Source: an uncultured Candidatus Saccharibacteria bacterium
Lineage (GTDB): Bacteria; Patescibacteriota; Minisyncoccia; Phycocordibacterales; WO2-35-19
Assembly (NCBI GenBank): GCA_964630525.1
Contig: CAZVUY010000003.1
Span: 48,699 to 112,698 of the forward strand
Direction: 5' to 3'
Length of the DNA stretch: 64,000 nucleotides
Shown piece after piece: positions 57,169 to 64,000 of the stretch. A program made the position numbers and the translations under genes. The number at the start of each line of letters is the position of its first letter. Positions within the stretch are counted from its first letter, which is position 1. The notes beneath the pieces are model-generated. The model did no database searches. It had not been told where the DNA came from and worked only from the letters and a program-made list of their open reading frames with translations.

Positions 57169-58271
57169 TAAAAATTTCAAATTTCAAAACTCAAATCTCA
57201 AAATTGTGGAGAAGATTTTTAGCCGAGACAGAAAGCCTGCGGGTGATTGTCGGCACCAATCCAAAAGTTATACTTTGGCGACTCCATATTTTCGGTTACT
57301 CCCCATTTCTTTCAAGGCATATTTTCAAAATCGCAGCTACTGGTCTGGTACTTTTCTCATTCTTTTTTAGTTTCTATATTTTTTGTTGGCGTTCACCACG
57401 ACCATTCCCTGAAAATGCATTAGTTACTGTTGAACGAGGTGAGCCTCTTTCTCAAATAGTGAACGATTTTGCTAGCAAAGGGGTGGTTCGTTCGTCATTT
57501 TGGCTTAGGGTTTTTATCACTATTTCAGGTGGACAAAATAGGGTGATTGCCGGAGATTATTATTTCCCAAAAGCAAAAAATGTTTTTAGTGTTGCTAAGG
57601 TGTTGCATCAGGGTAAATTTGGGCTTATCCCTTTTCGAGTCACTATCCCGGAAGGTCTTTCCTCAATGGAAATTGCTGACATCTTAGATGAACAGTTACC
57701 CGCTTTTAATTCAAGTGATTTTATAAGCGAGGTTGATAGCGGTGATTTTGAAGGTTACTTATTCCCCGATACTTACTTTTTTATGCCCAATACCAAGGCG
57801 GGCGATGTCATCTTGACCATGCGCGAGAATTTTGCGCGACAGGTGAGTACTTATGAAGCTGATATTGCAAAGTTTGAAAAGCCGCTGCATGAGGTGGTGA
57901 TCATGGCTTCTATCATTGAAGATGAGGCTAACAAGTCACTTGCCGATAAAAGGATTATTTCCGGTATTCTTTGGAAGCGGATCAGGATGGAAATGCCAAT
58001 GCAGGTGGATGCTCCTTTCAAATATTACAACGGCAAGCACAGCTACACTTTGACCAACGAAGATTTAAAAGAAGATCATCCTTACAATACTTATATAAAC
58101 AAAGGTTTGCCGCCGACGGCGATCAGCAACCCGGGGATTGATTCTATTCGCGCCGCTATCACCCCGACCCCGACTAATTACCTTTACTTCATGTCTGACA
58201 AGTCAGGTAACCTTTACTACGCTTCCGACTTTGAGGGGCATCAGGTGAATAGGGAGCGGTATTTGAGGTAG
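57165..58271 (+). CDS. mltG: Endolytic murein transglycosylase MltG (YceG-like)
   Basis: N-terminal TM helix and a YceG-like domain with GLPPTAISNPG. Confidence 0.75.
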   Translation: MIKISNFKTQISKLWRRFLAETESLRVIVGTNPKVILWRLHIFGYSPFLSRHIFKIAATGLVLFSFFFSFYIFCWRSPRPFPENALVTVERGEPLSQIVNDFASKGVVRSSFWLRVFITISGGQNRVIAGDYYFPKAKNVFSVAKVLHQGKFGLIPFRVTIPEGLSSMEIADILDEQLPAFNSSDFISEVDSGDFEGYLFPDTYFFMPNTKAGDVILTMRENFARQVSTYEADIAKFEKPLHEVVIMASIIEDEANKSLADKRIISGILWKRIRMEMPMQVDAPFKYYNGKHSYTLTNEDLKEDHPYNTYINKGLPPTAISNPGIDSIRAAITPTPTNYLYFMSDKSGNLYYASDFEGHQVNRERYLR

Positions 58272-58299
58272 CGATTAAAATATTGAAAGATTTAAAGAT

Positions 58300-58350
58300 T
58301 GAAAAAATAGAAAGCGAGCCGTCCTCCGAGTACGGCTCGCTCTGGTTTAT
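58300..58350. terminator. Bidirectional terminator hairpin
   Basis: Perfect 10-bp stem AGCGAGCCGT...ACGGCTCGCT with T-runs on both strands. Confidence 0.5.
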
Positions 58351-58727
58351 TGGCCTGCCGGTAATCTCTCCAGAGCTTTTTCGAACACGGCTTTGTAGAC
58401 CTCCATTGGTTTTGCCTGCCCCACCCCTTTCGCGAGGAAAAACATTGGGTTGGGGTCGGAATCTGTGGACAAACAGCAAAAGATTCTGGTTGCCCAAGAC
58501 CCCGATTGACAAATAAAACGCACAAGAAATTGAACCGAGAAAATATTATGTCCTGACTGCTGGTACCTTTCTATTTCAAGTCGAACTATTGAATCTTTTG
58601 GCAACGAAACACCTTGATTTATAACCTCACACTGTAACATCAAGGATGTAACGGTTTGGGCTGTTACGATGTGGTTGAAGTCAGGATTGTTGAATTCAAC
58701 ATTTTTTATTTCAAACTGGAAATTCAT
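58347..58727 (-). CDS. Hypothetical protein (126 aa)
   Basis: ATG at 58727 has an AAAGGAG RBS. The terminator lies directly downstream. Confidence 0.45.
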   Translation of the reverse strand: MNFQFEIKNVEFNNPDFNHIVTAQTVTSLMLQCEVINQGVSLPKDSIVRLEIERYQQSGHNIFSVQFLVRFICQSGSWATRIFCCLSTDSDPNPMFFLAKGVGQAKPMEVYKAVFEKALERLPAGQ

Positions 58728-58776
58728 CCAAAGCTCCTTTCTTGCGAACTTTCCGAAAATAAACTAACATACTGTT

Positions 58777-60027
58777 ATGAAAAGTCAACCAAGTAGTGAA
58801 AAATTCCATAGCCCTAAAAAAGCAGGCAAGGCCCAATCGAATTTTCTACTACAAGATCAAGCGAAAAAAGGAAGGGTGTTTGTCGGACTCTCCGGTGGGG
58901 TGGACTCGGCGGTGAGTGCGGCGCTCTTAAAAAAAGAAGGTTACGAGGTGACCGGAGTTTTTATAAAGGCCTGGGACCCAGCCTCGACGTCAAACCACAG
59001 GCATATAAAATATCCGTGCACATGGAAAGAAGACAGGCGGAGCGCTATGCGAGCGGCAGCTGTTTTGGACATACCATTTTTAACTTTGGATTTGGAAAAA
59101 GAATACAAACAGGAAGTGGTGGACTACATGATAAAAGAATACAAAGAGGGTAAAACTCCAAACCCGGATGTTATGTGCAACAAAGAAATAAAATTTGGCC
59201 ATTTTTTGAAGTTCGCTTTAAAAAATGGAGCAGATTTTGTGGCGACCGGGCATTATGCTCAAAAGCTAAAAGCTAAAAGCTTAGAGCTTAAAGTAAAAAT
59301 TTCCAATTCCAAACCTCTTAGCTCCAAGCTTTTAGCTCCAAGCTATATCTTGAGTGAAGCGAAAGATAAAAACAAAGATCAATCATATTTCCTCTGGACT
59401 CTTACTCAAGAGCAGCTTGCTCGTACGCTCTTTCCGGTCGGTCATCTTGAGAAAGAAGGGGTGAGGAAGTTGGCGGTGAAATTTGGTTTGCCGCAGGCCA
59501 CTCGGAAAGACAGCCAGGGTCTGTGCTTCCTTGGCAAGATCGATATAAAAGAATTTTTGAAAGATTATTTACAATCAGCAAAAGGCGAGGTGATTAATGA
59601 AAAAGGTGAAGTGGTGGGCGAACATGATAGTGCTGTATTTTATACGATTGGGGAGAGGCATGGTTTTAGGGTTACCCAAAAGAGGGACAACGAAGTGCCG
59701 CTGTATGTGGTGGCTAAAGATATAGTTAAAAATACCATCACTGTTGCACCCAGGTTGAATACTGGAGAAAAGAAAGAGAGAGTTAGACAAAAGATTGCCT
59801 TGTCAGATGTAAACTGGAATCAAGGCAAAGAGCCTGATTTGAAAAAGTTTTATACCGCCAGAGTGAGATATCGGGGTGAAAAAATAAAATGCCAAATTAA
59901 GATTGAGGAAGGTGGGGTGGTCGTGAGCCTAGCCAAATACCAACAAGGAGTATCTCTCGGTCAATCACTCGTTTTGTATCAGGGTGAAATTTGTATTGGT
60001 GGCGGCGTGATGTCTGAAATATTGTAA
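58777..60027 (+). CDS. mnmA: tRNA-specific 2-thiouridylase MnmA
   Basis: VGLSGGVDSAVSA PP-loop and DQSYFLW. About 30 aa N-terminal extension. Confidence 0.85.
   Translation: MKSQPSSEKFHSPKKAGKAQSNFLLQDQAKKGRVFVGLSGGVDSAVSAALLKKEGYEVTGVFIKAWDPASTSNHRHIKYPCTWKEDRRSAMRAAAVLDIPFLTLDLEKEYKQEVVDYMIKEYKEGKTPNPDVMCNKEIKFGHFLKFALKNGADFVATGHYAQKLKAKSLELKVKISNSKPLSSKLLAPSYILSEAKDKNKDQSYFLWTLTQEQLARTLFPVGHLEKEGVRKLAVKFGLPQATRKDSQGLCFLGKIDIKEFLKDYLQSAKGEVINEKGEVVGEHDSAVFYTIGERHGFRVTQKRDNEVPLYVVAKDIVKNTITVAPRLNTGEKKERVRQKIALSDVNWNQGKEPDLKKFYTARVRYRGEKIKCQIKIEEGGVVVSLAKYQQGVSLGQSLVLYQGEICIGGGVMSEIL
59262..59345 (+). repeat. In-frame repeat element, copy 3, inside mnmA
   Basis: AAAGCTAAAAGCTAAAAGCTTAGAGCTTAAAG followed by AGCTCCAAGCTTTTAGCTCCAAGCT. 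Translated as KLKAKSLELKVKIS...SSKLLAPS. The insert is about 20 aa longer than the equivalent loop in E. coli MnmA. Confidence 0.55.
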
Positions 60028-60049
60028 ATATGTTATATAATACTCATCT

Positions 60050-60886
60050 ATGAATGATGGTGTCACTATAGTCAAAGCTACGGGCGAGAGAGAAGTTTTC
60101 GATCCGCAAAAACTTCGCAATTCTTTACGTAAAGCTGGTGCGGGAGAAGAAACGACCAACAGGATCATTGATCAAATAGTTGGAGTTCTAAAAGATGGTG
60201 ATACTACCAAAGAGATTTATACTCGAGCTTTCGACCTCCTTAAACAGGAAAATGTGCCAAAGGTAACTGCTCGTTATTCCTTGAGAAATGCCATCATGGA
60301 TTTGGGTCCTTCCGGTTTTCCGTTTGAACAGTTTGTCGCTCAGATTTTCCAGGCCAAAGGTTTTGAGACTGCAACTGATTTTATTGCTCAAGGTCACTGC
60401 GCTGAACACGAGATCGATATTGTGGCTTGGAATCCAGAAAAATTGATCATGGTGGAAGCAAAGTTTCACAATATCTTCGGTATCAAGTCTGATCTGAAGG
60501 TGGCGCTTTATGTCAAAGCGCGTTGGGAAGATTTGGTAGATCAAGAATTTGATTTTGGTCACAAACGTAAATTAGATGAAGGTTGGCTTGTCACCAATAC
60601 CAAGTTTTCGGAAGCAGCGATCAAATATGCCAATTGCCGAGGAATGAAATTGGTCGGCTGGAATTATCCAGAAGATGGCAGTTTGCAAGATTTGATCGAA
60701 GATGCCAGGCTTCATCCGATCACCTGCCTCACCTCTATCAACCCGAGTGACGAAAAGCTTCTGATGGCTGCCGGTATAGTGCTCTGTAAACAGGCTAAGG
60801 ACAATCCGGATGTGGTGCTTCAAACCGGACTAAATAAAAACAAGTTAGATAAAATGTTGGAGGAGATTGAAATTATTTCTAACTGA
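60050..60886 (+). CDS. ATP-cone domain fused to an Mrr-like PD-(D/E)xK restriction-endonuclease domain
   Basis: N-terminal ATP-cone IVKATGEREVFDPQKLRNSL. Nuclease motif EIDIVAW...LIMVEAKF. Confidence 0.6.
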   Translation: MNDGVTIVKATGEREVFDPQKLRNSLRKAGAGEETTNRIIDQIVGVLKDGDTTKEIYTRAFDLLKQENVPKVTARYSLRNAIMDLGPSGFPFEQFVAQIFQAKGFETATDFIAQGHCAEHEIDIVAWNPEKLIMVEAKFHNIFGIKSDLKVALYVKARWEDLVDQEFDFGHKRKLDEGWLVTNTKFSEAAIKYANCRGMKLVGWNYPEDGSLQDLIEDARLHPITCLTSINPSDEKLLMAAGIVLCKQAKDNPDVVLQTGLNKNKLDKMLEEIEIISN

Positions 60887-61620
60887 TGGCCTTTTATCGC
60901 AAAAAACTTTATGATCCGAAAGCAAAGGAGGCTTTCAAAATAAGCCGGTCCAAAATCGACCTTTTCATCCAATGCCCGCGTTGTTTCTACCTTGATCGTC
61001 GGCTGGGGGTGTCGAGACCACAAGGTTTCCCTTTCAACCTAAACAGCGCAGTCGATATTTTGCTTAAAAAAGAATTTGACTTGCATCGAGCTCAAAAAAC
61101 ACCGCATCCTCTCATGGATGCTTATGGAGTCGAGGCAGTACCTTTGGCTCATCAAAACATGGACACCTGGAGAGATACCTTCAAAGGAGTAGAGTTTTTC
61201 CATGAACCAACCAATTTTATTGTTTTCGGCGGGGTAGATGATGTTTGGATCAATCAAAATCAGGAGCTTATCGTAGTTGACTACAAGGCGACTAGTAAAG
61301 ATGAAAAAGTAAATTTGGATGCCGAGTGGCAAGATGGTTACAAGAGGCAAATGGAAGTTTACCAATGGCTCTTGCGCCAAAATGGTTTTAAGGTTAGTGA
61401 CACTGGGTATTTCGTTTACGCCAATGGCAAAAGAGACAGGGAAGCCTTCGATGGGAAACTAGAGTTTGATGTGACCCTGATTCCTTACACTGGTTCCGCT
61501 GATTGGATAGAAAAAACTTTGCTAAAAATGAAAGAATGTTTAGATGGAGAAATACCAAAATCTTCTCCGGTTTGCGAGTATTGTGCTTATATAAATAATG
61601 TAAATAATTCTTTAAAATAG
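60886..61620 (+). CDS. PD-(D/E)xK nuclease with a Cas4/RecB-like Cys cluster
   Basis: N-terminal CPRC, ELIVVDYKAT and C-terminal CEYC. Its start overlaps the previous stop. Confidence 0.55.
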   Translation: MAFYRKKLYDPKAKEAFKISRSKIDLFIQCPRCFYLDRRLGVSRPQGFPFNLNSAVDILLKKEFDLHRAQKTPHPLMDAYGVEAVPLAHQNMDTWRDTFKGVEFFHEPTNFIVFGGVDDVWINQNQELIVVDYKATSKDEKVNLDAEWQDGYKRQMEVYQWLLRQNGFKVSDTGYFVYANGKRDREAFDGKLEFDVTLIPYTGSADWIEKTLLKMKECLDGEIPKSSPVCEYCAYINNVNNSLK

Positions 61621-61622
61621 TA

Positions 61623-61646
61623 GTGGCGAACCTTTCGGTTCGCCAC
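61623..61646. terminator. GC hairpin / terminator
   Basis: GTGGCGAACC-TTTC-GGTTCGCCAC perfect 10-bp stem. Confidence 0.45.
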
Positions 61647-61797
61647 ACTGGTTTGTCTGCCTAGCCCTTTCTCTTCTTGAGAGGGTCCGGTAGACGGAAA
61701 GTATCTTTCCCCTTGGTTTGAGCGATGATGAAATCGGTCCGCGCCAAGAGCTTTCTGAAATTACTCAAACTCATCCTGTTCTCCTAATGAAAATAGT

Positions 61798-62070
61798 ATG
61801 AAAACAAAAATAAAAACACAAATAACTTTTACACAGAAAGTTTTGGAGGTTGTAAGGAAAATACCAAGGGGGAAAATTTTGACCTACAAACAAGTGGCCA
61901 AATTTGCAGGGAGTCCAAATGCGGCTCGGGCAGTCGGGAGTGTTTTGAAGCAAAATTATGATCCCAAAATTCCTTGTCACCGAGTGATTCGTAGCGACGG
62001 AGTAGCCGGTGAATACAATCGTGGGCGAGCCAACAAAATCAAATTATTAAAAGCAGAAGAGGCGCTCTAG
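61798..62070 (+). CDS. MGMT-family (O6-alkylguanine transferase DNA-binding domain) protein
   Basis: PCHRV active-site motif and the HTH GKILTYKQVAKFAGSPNAARAVG. Confidence 0.65.
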   Translation: MKTKIKTQITFTQKVLEVVRKIPRGKILTYKQVAKFAGSPNAARAVGSVLKQNYDPKIPCHRVIRSDGVAGEYNRGRANKIKLLKAEEAL

Positions 62071-62208
62071 TTTGGCGCCCCTGAGAAAAACTCGTTAATA
62101 AGAACTATTACTATCCAAAGCAGGATAATAATATCAATAAAGCGAATCTTAACCAACCCCTTCTGATTCATAGTTGCACCTCTCCTCCATTTATAACATA
62201 ATTGCCGC

Positions 62209-62814
62209 ATGTCTCAAACAGTAGAAGAGAGGAGAGAATTGTTAAAAAAGATACGTGACGAAGTGGTGGAGTTGAAAAACTCGCCACTATATAAATTTCG
62301 GGTTGAAAATAAAAATCTGCCGGTGATCGGGGAGGGAAGTCATTTTGCCAAAATCATGTTTATCGGTGAGGCGCCGGGTAGGAACGAAGCCAAGACCGGC
62401 CGACCATTTTGCGGGGCGGCCGGTAAAATTTTGGACGAGCTCTTAGGGGCTGTAGGTATTGAGCGGAGCGAAATATATGTGACCAATATCGTCAAAGATC
62501 GGCCGCCACAAAATAGGGATCCGTTGCCGGAGGAGATAAAAATTTATGGTCCGTTTTTGGATCGACAAATTGAGATTATCCAACCGAGAGTGATCGCAAC
62601 TTTGGGTCGGTATGCGATGGGGTATGTTATGCCGAAGTTTGACCTGTCTCTCAAGTTAGAACCGATCAGCAAAGCTCATGGCAAAACATATGAAGCCCTG
62701 GCTACTTATGGTCCGATCAAAATTATCCCTCTCTATCACCCAGCCGTTGCTGTCTACAACTCCCATACCAAAGATATTTTAAAAAAAGATTTTGAGGTTT
62801 TGAAAAATTTGTAG
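62209..62814 (+). CDS. Uracil-DNA glycosylase, family 4
   Basis: GEAPGRNEAKTGRPFCGAAGKILDELL. Confidence 0.8.
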   Translation: MSQTVEERRELLKKIRDEVVELKNSPLYKFRVENKNLPVIGEGSHFAKIMFIGEAPGRNEAKTGRPFCGAAGKILDELLGAVGIERSEIYVTNIVKDRPPQNRDPLPEEIKIYGPFLDRQIEIIQPRVIATLGRYAMGYVMPKFDLSLKLEPISKAHGKTYEALATYGPIKIIPLYHPAVAVYNSHTKDILKKDFEVLKNL

Positions 62815-62826
62815 TAAGGTTTTCCT

Positions 62827-64000
62827 ATGAAATACAAAACGGAGTGGGATTTGGGTCATATCTATAAAGGAGAGGTGAAAAGGCAGGTAGCCAAAGATCT
62901 GGCTACTACTAAAAAAGAGTATTTGGCATTTGCCAAAAAATATCGCCAAAACAAAAAGCATCTTAAAAATCCAAAGGCGCTAGCGGGGGCTATTTTAGAA
63001 TATGAAAAATTAGGAGCCAATCCATCTAGCTCCCGGCCGAGTGCTTACTATTCGTACCGAAAGAGCTTGAATGCGCTGGACAATGAAGCTCAAGCCGAGC
63101 TCGCCAAACTCTCTGATTTTTATTCCAAACTTGGGAATGAAGTGGAATTTTTTATGCTGGAAGTTGGGAAAATATCCAAAAATCTACAACCCAAATTTTT
63201 GAAATCAAAAGAGTTGGCGCCTTTTAAATATTTTTTGACTAAAGTCTTTGAAAATGCCAAACATGATTTGAGTGAAGCGGAAGAAAAAATAATGAATCTA
63301 AAAAGCGCACCCTCTCACCAGATGTGGGTTTCTGGTTTTGCTCGGCTTTTGAATAAGCAAGAAGTGGAACACGAGGGGAGGCCAGTGCCTATCTCTGAAG
63401 CTGGCTCAAAAATTTCTACTTTGCCGACGAAAGCAAGAAGAGAGCTACATCAAAAATTGATGAAGGTTTACGAAAACGTGGCTGATTTTTCGGAAAGCGA
63501 AATAAATGCGATCGTGACCAACAAGAAAATCAGTGATGAATTGCGAGGGTTCAAAACTCCTTATGAAGAAACTGTCAAAGGTTATGAAAATGAACCAAAG
63601 ACGGTGAGGGAACTGACAGAGGCAGTAACCAAAAATTTTGAGATTGCTCACCGTTTTTTCAAGTTGAAAGCCGAAATGCTGGGTGAAAAAAGGCTGACCT
63701 ATGCCGACCGGGCGGCTAAAGTCGGCTCGGCTCAAGTGAAGATTGGCTTTGAAGAAGCAACGGAAAGAGTGATCCGTTCATTCAATGAAGCTGATCCAAG
63801 TTTCGGCGCTTTTGTCAAAGAAATGCTGGAGCGAGGTTTAGTGGACGTTTTTCCCAAGAAGGGCAAAACCAGTGGGGCCTTCTGTTCTTCTTGTACCGGC
63901 CTACCTTCTTATGTGCTCCTAAATCATATTGAAGATTTTAGATCGATCACCACTTTGGCTCACGAGATGGGCCATGCTCTGCACAGCAAATATTCGAAAA
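62827..64000 (+). CDS. pepF: Oligoendopeptidase F / M3-family peptidase, N-terminal part (3' end lies outside the window)
   Basis: Open to the window end. HEMGHALH zinc motif near the end. Confidence 0.75.
   Translation, partial: MKYKTEWDLGHIYKGEVKRQVAKDLATTKKEYLAFAKKYRQNKKHLKNPKALAGAILEYEKLGANPSSSRPSAYYSYRKSLNALDNEAQAELAKLSDFYSKLGNEVEFFMLEVGKISKNLQPKFLKSKELAPFKYFLTKVFENAKHDLSEAEEKIMNLKSAPSHQMWVSGFARLLNKQEVEHEGRPVPISEAGSKISTLPTKARRELHQKLMKVYENVADFSESEINAIVTNKKISDELRGFKTPYEETVKGYENEPKTVRELTEAVTKNFEIAHRFFKLKAEMLGEKRLTYADRAAKVGSAQVKIGFEEATERVIRSFNEADPSFGAFVKEMLERGLVDVFPKKGKTSGAFCSSCTGLPSYVLLNHIEDFRSITTLAHEMGHALHSKYSK

Noticed and set aside
58283-58516. 77-aa plus-strand ORF downstream of mltG
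   Set aside because: It overlaps the better-supported minus-strand 126-aa gene, which has an RBS and terminator, and it spans the terminator hairpin.

Overview
The window is about 40% GC and densely coded, mostly on the + strand. Its gene content points to a small-genome bacterium, possibly Patescibacteria/CPR-like, though I cannot confirm that without a database search. Supporting genes include a short DnaX, a SWIB domain protein, a DKNYY repeat protein, a GT4/5 + GH57 pair, a PGI + ROK kinase pair and many small membrane proteins. Recognisable core genes are a secA 3' fragment, tag, mscL, a type-2 pyrF, ddl, dnaX, lexA, typA/bipA, pgi, ychF, leuS, mltG, mnmA, a family-4 UDG and a pepF 5' fragment. 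There are two tRNAs, Cys-GCA on the - strand and Gln-UUG on the + strand.

The main accessory content is a roughly 13 kb island immediately 3' of tRNA-Gln, at about 16.0-29.3 kb. It carries:
- a two-methyltransferase restriction-modification-like module with a PD-(D/E)xK nuclease;
- a large serine recombinase;
- a membrane-anchored SNase-type nuclease;
- a TerS-like HTH protein;
- a ParB-nuclease/DNA-methyltransferase fusion;
- an S24 (CI/LexA-like) repressor;
- a five-gene cassette of unknown function ending in a T5orf172/GIY-YIG-like gene.

Other notable items:
- a complete IS3-family element with an A_AAA_AAG -1 frameshift site;
- a GC-rich, probably horizontally acquired PEP-CTERM protein gene;
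- a GC-rich structured RNA candidate at about 3.97-4.11 kb;
- a roughly 65-85 nt repeat family translated in the same frame inside leuS (two copies) and mnmA (one copy);
- a duplicated copy of the ychF 5' end;
- a GAAC-N4-GTTC SOS box overlapping the lexA operon promoter;
- an ATP-cone/Mrr-like nuclease gene next to a Cas4-like nuclease gene.

No CRISPR array and no rRNA were seen. All calls rest on by-eye motif recognition; none has been checked by a homology search.
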